Shown in pieces: positions 34,171 to 44,720 of a DNA stretch of 64,000 bases. The position numbers were made by a program, and so were the translations under genes. This DNA comes from Gammaproteobacteria bacterium (lineage in GTDB: Bacteria; Pseudomonadota; Gammaproteobacteria; UBA4575), in the NCBI GenBank assembly GCA_029253965.1, contig JAQWYM010000077.1, positions 5,863-69,862 of the forward strand, read 5' to 3'. Each line of letters opens with the position of its first letter. Position 1 is the stretch's first letter. Under the pieces are notes generated by a model. That model saw only the letters and a program-made list of their open reading frames with translations, was not told where the DNA came from and did not search any database.

Positions 34171-34485
34171 ATGGATGTATTAGACCGAATTCGTGAACAA
34201 GTTGAGACAAATGCTGTTGTTGTTTACATGAAAGGTACCCCGCAGATGCCACAGTGTGGCTTTTCTATGCGTACCGTCGAGGCTTTGAAGGCCTGTGGTA
34301 AAGAATTTGCTTACGTTAATGTCTTGCTGGATCCGGAAATCTTCCAGAACCTGCCACGCTATGCGGATTGGCCAACATTCCCTCAGGTTTATATTAAGGG
34401 TGAGTTAATCGGTGGCTGTGATATTACGCTGGAAATGGCTGAGCGCGGTGAGTTGCAGAAGATGATCGATCAGGCTAGCGCCTAA
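34171..34485 (+). CDS. grxD: monothiol glutaredoxin (Grx4 family)
   Basis: CGFS active site (PQCGFS). 104 aa. Confidence 0.93.
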   Translation: MDVLDRIREQVETNAVVVYMKGTPQMPQCGFSMRTVEALKACGKEFAYVNVLLDPEIFQNLPRYADWPTFPQVYIKGELIGGCDITLEMAERGELQKMIDQASA

Positions 34486-34548
34486 ATTAGAGGCACGTTA
34501 GGCCCATCTGGGTGCATTCACCTGCACAGATGGGCCGCCTGAATCGCC

Positions 34549-35229
34549 TTATGTTGTGACTTCAGCTGGGTCATTAAACGGCATAATCAGATCAGCACGA
34601 CGGTTCCACATGTTCATTATTTTGCAAAAGATTTGCGCCGTCATGTGAGCGTCATAGAGTGCTGTGTGGGCTTTCTCGTTATCCCAGTTGAGGCTTGCTG
34701 ATTTTGCGATCTTAGATAAGACCGTTTGACTGTAAGCCATAGCGCCTAGGGTGACCGTATCCAATGTGCTGAAACGGTGAAAAGGATTATTTTTTACCTT
34801 GGCACGGACAGCCGCCTGATTAATAAAGTTTAAGTCGAATGGGGCGTTATGTCCGACTAAGATTGCACGCTTACATTGGTTCTCTTTAACGGCTGCATTT
34901 GAAACTTTAAAGATAGTCTCTAGGGCTTCTTTCTCAGGGGAAGCAATGCGCAGTGGATGAAATGGATCTATGCCATTCACTTCCAAGGATGCCGGTTCCA
35001 TGTTTGAACCTTCAAAGGGTTCGATATGGACAGTGTAAGAGTCTTTACAGTAGAGCTCGCCACACTCGTCATAGCCTAGAATGATGGCTGCTACTTCGAG
35101 CAAGGCATCCGTTTCGACATTAAAGCCGCCGGTCTCAACGTCAACAACGATTGGGCAAAAGCCGCGAAAGCGGTTACCCATTGGGACGAAATCAACTTCA
35201 TCATTGAGTCTGGTGCGTACTGTCGACAT
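34549..35229 (-). CDS. rnt: ribonuclease T
   Basis: DEDDh exonuclease. RFRGFCPIVVDVETGGF parallels E. coli RNase T. Confidence 0.88.
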   Translation of the reverse strand: MSTVRTRLNDEVDFVPMGNRFRGFCPIVVDVETGGFNVETDALLEVAAIILGYDECGELYCKDSYTVHIEPFEGSNMEPASLEVNGIDPFHPLRIASPEKEALETIFKVSNAAVKENQCKRAILVGHNAPFDLNFINQAAVRAKVKNNPFHRFSTLDTVTLGAMAYSQTVLSKIAKSASLNWDNEKAHTALYDAHMTAQIFCKIMNMWNRRADLIMPFNDPAEVTT

Positions 35230-35324
35230 GTTTTTTTCCGATCTAACGTGAATAGAGTTAGGTTAATCGTCGACGGGTTAGATATAATCAGTCACATTCC
35301 GTAGACAACACCACAGTAACTATT

Positions 35325-36542
35325 ATGACAGACATTCGAAAAGTAGTCTTAGCCTATTCTGGAGGTTTAGATACCTCAGTTATCCTGCGCTGGTTAGAAG
35401 ATCAGTATCAATGTGAGGTGGTCACGTTTACCGCTGATATTGGTCAGGGTGAAGAAGTTGATCCTGCCAGAGCAAAAGCTCAGGCCTTAGGCGTAAAAGA
35501 AATTTACATTGAAGACCTACGTGAAGAGTTTGTTCGCAACTACGTTTACCCGATGTTTCGTGCTAACACGATTTATGAAGGTGAGTACCTACTAGGCACC
35601 TCGATCGCTAGGCCATTGATTGCTAAGCGTCTTATCGAGATTGCAGCAGAGACTGGTGCCGATGCGGTATCCCATGGCGCCACCGGTAAAGGTAATGATC
35701 AGGTGCGTTTTGAGCTTGGCGCCTACGCGCTAAATCCTGACATTAAGATTATTGCGCCTTGGCGTGAATGGGATCTTAATTCACGCGAAACCTTATTGGC
35801 CTACGCCGCTGAGCAGGGTGTACCTGTAGAGCAAAAGCGTAAGGGTGGCTCACCTTACTCAATGGATGCCAATCTATTGCATATCTCTTATGAAGGTGGC
35901 CCGTTAGAAGATCCATGGACGGAAGCAGAATCAGACATGTGGCGTTGGACAGTCGCACCGGCAGATGGCCCAGATGAACCAGAATATATGGTGCTTGGCT
36001 TTGAGCAAGGTGATGCCGCTACATTGGATGGCGAAGTGTTATCACCAGCAGACATGCTTACTGAGTTGAATAGACGTGGTTCACGCCACGGTGTTGGCCG
36101 TTTGGATATTGTCGAAAATCGTTATGTCGGTATGAAATCACGTGGCTGTTACGAGACACCCGGTGGCAGTATCTTACTGAAAGCACATCGCGCCGTGGAA
36201 TCATTAACTCTGGACCGTGAATTAGCCCATTTGAAAGACGAATTAATGCCAAAGTACGCCAGTTTAATTTACAACGGCTATTGGTGGAGTCCGGAACGGC
36301 TTGCACTGCAAAAGATGATCGATGAAACGCAGAAAAATGTCACTGGAGAGGTGCGTCTGTGCCTATTCAAGGGTAATATACACGTTGCTGGACGCCGTTC
36401 ATCTGAGCATAGCCTGTTCAATGAAGCGATTGCTACCTTTGAAGATGATGGCGGCGCCTATGACCAAAAAGATGCCGAGGGGTTTATTAAGTTAAACGCC
36501 CTACGATTAAGGATCGGCTCTCAGGTCGGAACTAAAAAGTAA
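35325..36542 (+). CDS. argG: argininosuccinate synthase
   Basis: [11 protein letters not shown]-loop. 405 aa. Confidence 0.95.
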   Translation: MTDIRKVVLAYSGGLDTSVILRWLEDQYQCEVVTFTADIGQGEEVDPARAKAQALGVKEIYIEDLREEFVRNYVYPMFRANTIYEGEYLLGTSIARPLIAKRLIEIAAETGADAVSHGATGKGNDQVRFELGAYALNPDIKIIAPWREWDLNSRETLLAYAAEQGVPVEQKRKGGSPYSMDANLLHISYEGGPLEDPWTEAESDMWRWTVAPADGPDEPEYMVLGFEQGDAATLDGEVLSPADMLTELNRRGSRHGVGRLDIVENRYVGMKSRGCYETPGGSILLKAHRAVESLTLDRELAHLKDELMPKYASLIYNGYWWSPERLALQKMIDETQKNVTGEVRLCLFKGNIHVAGRRSSEHSLFNEAIATFEDDGGAYDQKDAEGFIKLNALRLRIGSQVGTKK

Positions 36543-36589
36543 ACGGTGATGAAGGTCTCTGGACTATGAAAAGAGATGTCATCTACTGA

Positions 36590-37348
36590 GTGCAAATGGA
36601 GAAGAAAATGCTGGTTTGGCTACAACAAAAAATAAAAATCGTATCACTGACTGGCGCCCTAATCGTGTTAGGCGGCTGTGCGAGTACGGAGTATGCCGAA
36701 AGCGAACGAGACCCATGGCAGGGTTTTAACCGCTCAATGTATAGTTTTAATGACACGCTCGATAAGGCCATCCTGAAACCTGTTGCTAAAGGTTATCAAG
36801 CGATTACACCGAGTCCAATGCAGAGCGGTATTAGTAATTTCTTTGCTAACCTAGATGATGTCAGTGTCGGCGTGAACAATTTGCTGCAAGGTAAAGTTGG
36901 CGCAGCCTTCTCCGACTTTGGTCGTGTTATCGTCAATAGTACCGTTGGCATTCTCGGTCTTTTTGATGTCGCTAGTTCATGGGGTATGCGCAAACATAAT
37001 GAAGACTTTGGGCAAACCTTAGCTGTTTGGGGCGTTAATGAAGGCCCTTATGTCGTGCTGCCATTCTTTGGTCCATCGACAATGCGTGACTCAACGTCTG
37101 TCCCTGTCGATCAGTGGCTGCTAGATCCAATGACTCATGTTGAACTTTCAAGCGGCCAACAAATGGCGATTATCGCTGTCGATAAGGTCAGTTTACGCGC
37201 CGAGTTATTAGCGCTGGAAAAAACAGTTGAAGAAATCTCTACTGATAAATATGCATTTATTCGTGAGGCTTACCTTGATCGTCGTAACTTCTTAGTACAC
37301 GACGGCACACCGCTAGTAGATGACGATTTATACGAACAGTTAGATTGA
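36590..37348 (+). CDS. mlaA: phospholipid-binding lipoprotein MlaA (VacJ family)
   Basis: Lipobox LGGCAS. The VacJ core motif is recognisable in the ORF-track translation. Confidence 0.85.
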   Translation: MQMEKKMLVWLQQKIKIVSLTGALIVLGGCASTEYAESERDPWQGFNRSMYSFNDTLDKAILKPVAKGYQAITPSPMQSGISNFFANLDDVSVGVNNLLQGKVGAAFSDFGRVIVNSTVGILGLFDVASSWGMRKHNEDFGQTLAVWGVNEGPYVVLPFFGPSTMRDSTSVPVDQWLLDPMTHVELSSGQQMAIIAVDKVSLRAELLALEKTVEEISTDKYAFIREAYLDRRNFLVHDGTPLVDDDLYEQLD

Positions 37349-37389
37349 TTCTAAAGCAGATTCAATGAGGCCGGAAGGGAGACTATAGA

Positions 37390-38202
37390 GTGGCGCGTTG
37401 TGTGCTCTGTGGTCGTTCAGCTGGCCTTTTTTATAGACTACATAAAGCCTGTTATGCCAAGCATCAGTCGCTGAGCGAACAATTTTATGCCAGTATTAGT
37501 GAGCAGATCGAGCAGCAATCCACAGCTGACTTAGCTGCCGCCCTGCAGCAATCCTTGTTGCAACATAACTTCCTAGTTGAGCCTGCAAAAAGAGCTTTGG
37601 TGCGAGCCTTAGAAAAATTTGCTGAAGATCAGCTCAATAATCAGAGTACTGATGCCCTGTTGCAGCGCTGGTCTGACCTCTTACTGCGGCTAGCTCTGCC
37701 CGAAAATTTATTTCTTAGCGCTAATTTTGTTTCCCGGCAAACCGCTTTATTAGGCCTAAAAAGCCTCAAGCAAGCGCAGATGCCCGCGTTAAATATGTCT
37801 ACAGATAGTTTCACTGAGACCTTAGCCGAGGATGAGGAGCTCTTATATTGCTTCCCCAAGGCATCGTTGCTAAAGACTCAAGAACAGCGTGCGCAATGGT
37901 CACTAGCACGACAATTATTTCGTGGCTTATTAGGGAATAGGACGCATTCTGCGGTGCAGGAAAAACAAGAGATAGTGATAACGCTGTGGTTGAGTAACCA
38001 ATGTCTGTATTTTCGAGGCGAGGGGCAACATTTTGAACTTAAACTAGAGCAGATCTTTTCGTTAACACCGCAGCCTAATGGCGTCATGATTCAGTCAAAG
38101 TTAGCTGAGGCGAAGCCACTAATATTGCAGGATGCAAACGGACATTTGCTCTACAGTTTTTTAAAGCAGATCAAGGAAAGAAAGGACGTAAGCAGCCCTT
38201 AG
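37390..38202 (+). CDS. hypothetical protein (270 aa)
   Basis: ORF only. Cys-x2-Cys at the N-terminus. Confidence 0.45.
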   Translation: MARCVLCGRSAGLFYRLHKACYAKHQSLSEQFYASISEQIEQQSTADLAAALQQSLLQHNFLVEPAKRALVRALEKFAEDQLNNQSTDALLQRWSDLLLRLALPENLFLSANFVSRQTALLGLKSLKQAQMPALNMSTDSFTETLAEDEELLYCFPKASLLKTQEQRAQWSLARQLFRGLLGNRTHSAVQEKQEIVITLWLSNQCLYFRGEGQHFELKLEQIFSLTPQPNGVMIQSKLAEAKPLILQDANGHLLYSFLKQIKERKDVSSP

Positions 38203-38232
38203 CAGCAGAATAGAATACTGCCAGCGCCGATC

Positions 38233-38269
38233 ACAAAACCCGTGTTGAATTGATTGTTCAGCACGGGTT
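38233..38269 (-). terminator. Rho-independent terminator (8-bp stem aacccgtg/cacgggtt, T-run on minus strand)
   Basis: Read from the sequence. Lies immediately 3' of the 52-aa minus-strand ORF. Confidence 0.7.
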
Positions 38270-38285
38270 GACTGTTAAGTCATCG

Positions 38286-38444
38286 TTAGCTAAATAGTGA
38301 TTTTAACCAGCCAAAGATGCCGCCGCTAGAAGCGCTGTTAGATTGACTAGCTGAAGAGGGTTGTGCAGTCTTCAGCTCCTGCATTGATTGCCAATGTCGG
38401 CGTAAAACCGAACACTCAGGCATGGATCCATTTGATTCACTCAT
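38286..38444 (-). CDS. possible 52-aa small protein (MSESNGSMPECSVLRRHWQSMQELKTAQPSSASQSNSASSGGIFGWLKSLFS)
   Basis: GGAGAG RBS 7 nt before the ATG and its own terminator. Below the ORF-track cut-off. No family recognised. Confidence 0.35.
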   Translation of the reverse strand: MSESNGSMPECSVLRRHWQSMQELKTAQPSSASQSNSASSGGIFGWLKSLFS

Positions 38445-38552
38445 TTAGCTACTCTCCAATTATTATGTTTATAGTGCTTGTTAAGTCCTAGTGCACCTGT
38501 GCAATGCTGGAACAGGATAACGTATTCTTGTGCAATTATTATAGCTATGCAA

Positions 38553-39344
38553 CTATTTACGTATATCAACATCAGCATTCTGACGTAAGTCTTCCATATA
38601 GTCATTGATTGCTTTGTTTAAAAGAGATTGTTGTATCTGGCCTCGAACATTCTCAAAATCTGGTTTTGCTGGTTCACGAATGTCTTCTAATTTAATGATA
38701 TGCCAACCAAACTTTGTTTGTACTGGGTTGACAGAAATATCACCGGCAGTCATAGACTGCAGTGCAGTGGAAAATTCAGGCACCATGTTGGCGGCCTGAA
38801 ACCAGCCTAAATCGCCACCATTTTTAGAGGATGGTCCGGTTGAGCGTTCTTTTGCTAAGCTCATGAAATCACCACCAGCACGTAGCGCATCAATAATAGC
38901 GCGCGCTTCATCCGGTGTTTTAACAAGGATATGACGCGCCTTGTATTCCACTTTACTTTTATCATCACCACCTAACTCATATTCTGCACGCAGTTCATCT
39001 TCAGTGAAGGTCATCTGGCTAAACTTGTTGCGCATAAAGGCTCTAGCCATAAATTCCGACTTTTGCAGGCGCAATTGATAGCGAATATCGTCACGTTCTA
39101 ATAGCTTTGAATCTTCAGCCGCCTGCCGTAATAGCTCAGTTGCAATGAGTTCTTCAATGACTTGTTCATCAGTCGCCTGCGGCATGTTTTTAGCCGTTTT
39201 ATAGTTTGTAACATCAGCGTGACTAATGATAAGGGCATTAACACGTGCTGCTATTTGCTCATCGGCAACCTTGTTCTCTGCTTCTTCATGGTTACATGCA
39301 CTCAGAGTGATGACTAAAAAGAAGGCTAGGGCATATTTCATCAT
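38553..39344 (-). CDS. PpiC-type (parvulin) peptidyl-prolyl isomerase, periplasmic lipoprotein
   Basis: Lipobox LSAC. C-terminal parvulin domain (HILVKT...GGDLGWF...FGWHIIKL). Confidence 0.85.
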   Translation of the reverse strand: MMKYALAFFLVITLSACNHEEAENKVADEQIAARVNALIISHADVTNYKTAKNMPQATDEQVIEELIATELLRQAAEDSKLLERDDIRYQLRLQKSEFMARAFMRNKFSQMTFTEDELRAEYELGGDDKSKVEYKARHILVKTPDEARAIIDALRAGGDFMSLAKERSTGPSSKNGGDLGWFQAANMVPEFSTALQSMTAGDISVNPVQTKFGWHIIKLEDIREPAKPDFENVRGQIQQSLLNKAINDYMEDLRQNADVDIRK

Positions 39345-39370
39345 GGTTTTTATTCCAATGTGGAGGGGCC

Positions 39371-39670
39371 TTACGGCAGGACTTTCTTGAATGGTTTAAC
39401 AATAACTTTTGCGTATACGCCAGCTTCAATATAAGGGTCATCATCCGCCCAGGCTTGTGCCTCTTCAAGGGAACTAAACTCCGCCACGACTAAGCTTCCA
39501 GTGAAACCCGCGGTGCCGGGGTCTTCACTATCAACAGCAGGGTGTGGGCCAGCGATTAATAGTTTGCCGCTATCCTTTAAAGCCAACAAGCGTTCTACAT
39601 GGCGGGGGCGTGCTGCCATGCGTTGCTCTAGACTATTCTCTACATCTTCACTGATGATGGCGTAAAACAT
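39371..39670 (-). CDS. YciI-like protein
   Basis: MFYAIISED... YCII-related fold. Start placed right after the yciB stop. Confidence 0.7.
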   Translation of the reverse strand: MFYAIISEDVENSLEQRMAARPRHVERLLALKDSGKLLIAGPHPAVDSEDPGTAGFTGSLVVAEFSSLEEAQAWADDDPYIEAGVYAKVIVKPFKKVLP

Positions 39671-39671
39671 T

Positions 39672-40289
39672 TTAATCTCCTGATTTGATAACAACGAAGC
39701 GGCTAATTAGGGCCATTTGTAATATTAAGAAGCCTATTGTCAGGCCGAGCACACCAAAGGTTTTAAAGTTAACCCATGTTGATTCGCTGTAGGCACTAGC
39801 AACATATAGATTGAGTGTCGCAAGACTAATAAAAAATATAATCCAGGCTAGATTAAGTCTGAGCCAGATATGTCTTGGAGCCTCTACTGAAGCACCCATC
39901 ATTCGTTCAATAATGGTTTTTTTGCCGATAAAAAAACTAGCAGCAAAGACTATAGCAAAGACAAGATTAATAATGGTTGGTTTCCATTTTATGAAATTAG
40001 GGTCGCGAAAAAATAAAGTGGCACCACCAAAAATGAGGAACATGACGAAGGTGATGGTCTTGCCCTTGCTTAACTCGCGGTGTTGGATCAGATGCAATAC
40101 GGCCACTAGGCCGGAGGCGATGATGGCAATAAAGGTGGCAAAATAAATGGCATCAGAGGGTTCGGTTGGATTAAAACTGGGTAAGCCCGCGGCATTGATC
40201 GATTCGATCCAAATAGCTGGGACATGCTGGTAGAAAAAGTAGGCTATAAAAAATAGCACTACAGGAAAGAATTCAACTAAAAACTTCAT
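39672..40289 (-). CDS. yciB: intracellular septation protein A
   Basis: [21 protein letters not shown]-terminus characteristic of YciB/IspZ. 5 TM helices. Confidence 0.88.
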   Translation of the reverse strand: MKFLVEFFPVVLFFIAYFFYQHVPAIWIESINAAGLPSFNPTEPSDAIYFATFIAIIASGLVAVLHLIQHRELSKGKTITFVMFLIFGGATLFFRDPNFIKWKPTIINLVFAIVFAASFFIGKKTIIERMMGASVEAPRHIWLRLNLAWIIFFISLATLNLYVASAYSESTWVNFKTFGVLGLTIGFLILQMALISRFVVIKSGD

Positions 40290-40428
40290 CCTGAAACCTT
40301 GAAAGAGGGCCTTAATAGAGACACGTTAGTACTATTTGGGGTGATAGCCTTTTAGCTTACAACAGCCGCAACATAAGCTCTAGAGAGTGACTCTATTTTC
40401 TTCAAGATTAAGTGCGTAAACTAAGCGG

Positions 40429-41043
40429 ATGAGTGATATTTTACAGATCCATCCGGACAATCCGCAGCCACGATTGATTGCTAAGGCGGCCAATATTGTG
40501 ACCTCGGGTGGTTTAATTGTTTATCCCACCGATTCTTGTTACGCACTGGGCTGTAGTCTTGGTAATAAAGAGGCCTTAGATCGAATCAGGCAGATACGTC
40601 AGGTTGATACAAAACATAATTTCACCTTGGTTTGCCGTGATTTATCTGAGCTGGGTCTCTATTCAGTCGTTGATAACAGCAGTTTTCGTTTGCTTAAAAG
40701 TCATACGCCAGGACCTTACACCTTTGTCTTGAAGGCAACACGTGAAGTCCCTAAGCGTATGCAACAACCGAAGCGCCGTACCATAGGGCTGCGTATTCCC
40801 GAGCATACGGTGACGCAGGCGCTACTTGAGCAGCTAGATCAACCACTGATGTCTAGCACCTTATTACTGCCAAGCGATGAGGAACCACTCTCAGATATTG
40901 ATGAAATTAGTCAGCGCCTGGGACATTTGGTTGATTTAGTTATTGATGGCGGTTATTGCGGTACAGAGGCTACCACTGTGGTTGATTTAGCGGATGACGG
41001 TTATCAGGTCCTGCGTCAGGGTAAAAAAACCTTTCCACAGTAG
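40429..41043 (+). CDS. yciO: YciO/YrdC/Sua5-family protein (L-threonylcarbamoyladenylate synthase-like)
   Basis: YrdC-like domain, 204 aa. Confidence 0.8.
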   Translation: MSDILQIHPDNPQPRLIAKAANIVTSGGLIVYPTDSCYALGCSLGNKEALDRIRQIRQVDTKHNFTLVCRDLSELGLYSVVDNSSFRLLKSHTPGPYTFVLKATREVPKRMQQPKRRTIGLRIPEHTVTQALLEQLDQPLMSSTLLLPSDEEPLSDIDEISQRLGHLVDLVIDGGYCGTEATTVVDLADDGYQVLRQGKKTFPQ

Positions 41044-41196
41044 AATGCAGCGTTACATTGTGAAAAAGCATGCCTCAGTCTATGTTTCAGGCCTGCTAAG
41101 TAGGCATGCCAGTTTGCTGGCGGCAGTGGTATGATCTAGATTAGATTTTTTTGCAGCACCATAATTATAAAACAACAGGATAAGCTCTCTACTAAC

Positions 41197-42414
41197 GTGG
41201 CAAGTACATCAGATCAAAACCAGCGTGTGTTATCAGGCATGCGACCTACTGGGAAATTACACCTCGGCCATTACCATGGCGTCTTAAAAAACTGGATCGA
41301 ACTGCAACACACGCATGAGTGTTACTTCTTTGTTGCTGATTGGCATGCGTTGACGACCGAATACGATCGCAGCGAAGGCATTGCGCCGCATGTCACTGAT
41401 ATGGTGATCGACTGGTTGGCTGCAGGCGTTAGTCCTGGCACCGCTACTTTATTTATTCAGTCGCGTGTACCTGAGCATGCCGAGCTCCATCTCTTGCTAT
41501 CTATGAGCACGCCACTGGGTTGGTTGGAGCGCGTTCCAAGCTACAAGGATCAACAAGAAAAGCTCAAGGAAAAAGACCTCGCTACGTATGGATTCCTCGG
41601 CTATCCATTACTACAAGCGGCTGATATTTTGGTTTATCGTGCGGCTAATGTCCCTGTAGGTGAAGATCAGGTGGCTCACGTTGAGCTGACGCGCGAAGTG
41701 GCTAGACGCTTTAATCATCTTTATGGAAAAGAAGCTGGTTTTGAAGAAAAAGCAGAAAATGCGATTTCTTTGATGGGTAAGAAAAGTGCGAAGATGTATA
41801 AAAAGCTGCGCAAGGAGTATCTAGAGAAGGGTGATGAAGAATCACTCAGTGTCGCTCAGGCACTATTGGACTCGCAGCAAAACATTTCGATCGGTGACCG
41901 TGAGCGTTTATATGGCTACCTAGAAGGAGGTGGCAAGATTATTCTGCCAGAACCTAAGGCGTTGCTGACTAAGGCATCAAAGATGCCCGGGCTCGATGGA
42001 CAAAAAATGTCTAAATCATATGGCAACACTATTGCACTTCGTGATGACCCGAAAGATGTTGAGAAGAAACTAAGAACCATGCCGACAGATCCAGCCCGTG
42101 TACGACGGACAGATCCAGGAAGCCCACAGAAATGCCCTGTCTGGCAGTTGCATGAAATCTACTCACCCAATGATGTTAAAGACTGGGTGCAAGCTGGCTG
42201 CGTCAGTGCTTCTATAGGCTGTGTAGAATGTAAGCAGCCGGTTATTGAGGCAGTACAAAAAGAATTACAACCGATTCAAGAGCGTGCACGAGAGTACGAG
42301 CGAGATATGAAAACGGTGCAAAGCATTATTAATGATGGCTGTGAACAAGCACGAGATATTGCTCGTGATACGATGGAAGATGTACGTAAATCTATGGGTC
42401 TAGTTTACCGGTAA
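41197..42414 (+). CDS. trpS: tryptophan--tRNA ligase (long form)
   Basis: HIGH motif (GKLHLGHYHG) and KMSKS motif. 405 aa. Confidence 0.93.
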   Translation: MASTSDQNQRVLSGMRPTGKLHLGHYHGVLKNWIELQHTHECYFFVADWHALTTEYDRSEGIAPHVTDMVIDWLAAGVSPGTATLFIQSRVPEHAELHLLLSMSTPLGWLERVPSYKDQQEKLKEKDLATYGFLGYPLLQAADILVYRAANVPVGEDQVAHVELTREVARRFNHLYGKEAGFEEKAENAISLMGKKSAKMYKKLRKEYLEKGDEESLSVAQALLDSQQNISIGDRERLYGYLEGGGKIILPEPKALLTKASKMPGLDGQKMSKSYGNTIALRDDPKDVEKKLRTMPTDPARVRRTDPGSPQKCPVWQLHEIYSPNDVKDWVQAGCVSASIGCVECKQPVIEAVQKELQPIQERAREYERDMKTVQSIINDGCEQARDIARDTMEDVRKSMGLVYR

Positions 42415-42416
42415 GC

Positions 42417-43271
42417 ATGACAGAAAATGTAGTCAATCCAGAGGCAGAGGCAACTCAAGCCGCGCAAGATGAAATGCCATTCGCTATTGTGCATGGTGAA
42501 CGTATCAGTGTGCCGCCTCAAGACCTCTATATTCCGCCGGATGCCTTAGAGGTTTTTCTAGATGCTTTTGAAGGGCCGTTGGATTTACTGCTCTATCTGA
42601 TCAAGCGTCAGAATTTAGATATCCTGACACTGCCCGTATTAAAGATTACACAGCAATACACAGACTATATTAGTCTGATGGAAAATATGCGCTTAGAGCT
42701 GGCGGCTGAGTACTTAGTGATGGCAGCCATGCTGGCTGAAATTAAATCACGCATGCTGTTACCAAGGCCCGTTGAGGACTCTGACGAAGAAGACCCGCGG
42801 GCACAGTTGATTCGACGTCTACAAGAATATGAGCGCTATAAAAAAGCAGCTGAAGACGTTGATAATCTGCCGCGTTCAGAACGAGATTTTGAAGAAATAA
42901 GTATCCACGAAGTGGAGATTGTCAGTGAAGAGAAGCTGCCAGTGGTTGAGATGAAGGATTTAGCCTTTGCTTTGCAAGAGGTTCTGCGCCGCGCAGACAT
43001 GCAAATTGCTCACTCTGTTAAACGTGAAACCCTGTCTATTCGTGAGCGCATGACTGAGGTCTTGAGTCGTTTATCAGTGGATGAGTTTGTTGAGTTTGTT
43101 AGTTTATTTTCAGTTGAAGAAGGACGCGCTGGGGTTATTGTAAGTTTTATTGCGATCCTCGAGTTGCTTAAGAGTCAGGTTATTGAGATCGTACAATCCG
43201 ATATCTACGCACCTATCTATGTTAAACCAGCAATTAGTCAGCTAGACGAAGGAGCTGAGCATGGACAATGA
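42417..43271 (+). CDS. scpA: segregation and condensation protein A
   Basis: ScpA family. Precedes scpB with an overlapping stop and start. Confidence 0.88.
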   Translation: MTENVVNPEAEATQAAQDEMPFAIVHGERISVPPQDLYIPPDALEVFLDAFEGPLDLLLYLIKRQNLDILTLPVLKITQQYTDYISLMENMRLELAAEYLVMAAMLAEIKSRMLLPRPVEDSDEEDPRAQLIRRLQEYERYKKAAEDVDNLPRSERDFEEISIHEVEIVSEEKLPVVEMKDLAFALQEVLRRADMQIAHSVKRETLSIRERMTEVLSRLSVDEFVEFVSLFSVEEGRAGVIVSFIAILELLKSQVIEIVQSDIYAPIYVKPAISQLDEGAEHGQ

Positions 43272-43890
43272 GCAGCAAAAGAAAATTATTGAAGCCACAC
43301 TGATGTCAGCTTCACAGACTTTAAATGTCGATCAGCTATTAAAGCTGTTCGTTAATGAGGTCAGTGAAGTGACGCGTGATGAGATTAAAGCGATCGTGCA
43401 AACGCTGCAAGAAGAGTGTTCGGGGCGAGGCTATGAACTAAAGAAGGTTGCCAGTGGTTTTCGTTATCAAACAAGAGAAGAAATGCAGCCTTGGGTTGAT
43501 AAGTTGCGTCCAGAACGAGCGCCACGTTACTCTCGTGCATTCATGGAAACACTGGCATTAGTGGTTTATAAACAACCCATTACCCGTGCTGAAATTGAAG
43601 ATGTGCGCGGCGTTGCTGTGAGCAGCAGTATTTTTAAAGTCTTACTTGAACGTGAGTGGGTTAAGATTATTGGACATAGAGAAGTTCCCGGTCGTCCTGC
43701 GATGTATGGCACGACGCGTAAGTTGCTCGATTACTTCAATCTATCGTCCTTGAATGAGCTGCCAGATTTAGTTGAAATTAAAGATATCGATGACATAGCG
43801 TCAGAGCTTATCTTGGTCGCTAATGAAGAAATTCCTGAGCAGCAACAGCTAGAATCAATGGATCCGCCAGCGGGCGAGACGCAGCATTAA
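43261..43890 (+). CDS. scpB: segregation and condensation protein B
   Basis: ScpB winged-helix tandem. 209 aa. Confidence 0.88.
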   Translation: MDNEQQKKIIEATLMSASQTLNVDQLLKLFVNEVSEVTRDEIKAIVQTLQEECSGRGYELKKVASGFRYQTREEMQPWVDKLRPERAPRYSRAFMETLALVVYKQPITRAEIEDVRGVAVSSSIFKVLLEREWVKIIGHREVPGRPAMYGTTRKLLDYFNLSSLNELPDLVEIKDIDDIASELILVANEEIPEQQQLESMDPPAGETQH

Positions 43891-43961
43891 ATCAGAGCTT
43901 AACCGTGATATCGGTTAAGCCAATTCTTAGTTTAACCAGCAGTAACACACACACAGAAAAG

Positions 43962-44720
43962 ACTATGGCCGAGCGATTACATAAGGTGCTAGCCCGAATG
44001 GGGGTTGGTTCGCGACGAGAAATAGAAGGTTGGATCAAGGCCGGACGCATTAAAGTAGAAGGCAAGCCAGTGGCGCTCGGACAAACAGACGAGGGTCTCA
44101 CTCAGGTTGAAATTGATGGCAGTGTCATCAAGCTTAATAACAAAGTAGAGACGCAGGTGCTGCTCTACCATAAGCCACATGATGAAATCTGTTCACGCAA
44201 AGATCCAGAAGGGCGTAAGACAGTCTTTGAAAAGTTACCCGAGCCTGATAGTGGTAGTTGGATAAGTGTAGGTCGCTTGGATCTAACCACCACAGGTATT
44301 CTGCTGTTTACAAATGATGGTGATCTAGCTAATGCTTTAATGCATCCACGAGCCAGTGTTGATCGTGAATACTTGGTTCGCGTGCATGGTGGCTTATACC
44401 CTGACATTCTGCAAAACCTTAGAGATGGTGTGCAGTTAGAAGATGGTGTTGCACGCTTTACTGATGTACAGCCACGCAGTAGTAAAGGCACAAATCAATG
44501 GGTGCAGGTGGTGTTGCAAGAAGGCCGTAACCATGAGGTCAAACGCATGTTTGAGTCACAGGGATTACAGGTAACACGTCTGATCCGTATTCGTTTTGGG
44601 CCGATTTTATTAGAAGATGATTTTCGCAAGGGACGTCATCGTCTACTCTCAAATAAAGAAGTACAGCTGTTAAGATCTTTGATTGAACAATCGAAGCGAG
44701 ATATCTCTGCCAGCAAGTAA
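43962..44720 (+). CDS. rluB: 23S rRNA pseudouridine(2605) synthase
   Basis: S4 domain (MAERLHKVLARMGVGSRREIEGWIKAG parallels E. coli RluB) plus RsuA-family catalytic Asp. The ORF track starts 57 nt earlier (43905). Confidence 0.88.
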   Translation, partial: TMAERLHKVLARMGVGSRREIEGWIKAGRIKVEGKPVALGQTDEGLTQVEIDGSVIKLNNKVETQVLLYHKPHDEICSRKDPEGRKTVFEKLPEPDSGSWISVGRLDLTTTGILLFTNDGDLANALMHPRASVDREYLVRVHGGLYPDILQNLRDGVQLEDGVARFTDVQPRSSKGTNQWVQVVLQEGRNHEVKRMFESQGLQVTRLIRIRFGPILLEDDFRKGRHRLLSNKEVQLLRSLIEQSKRDISASK

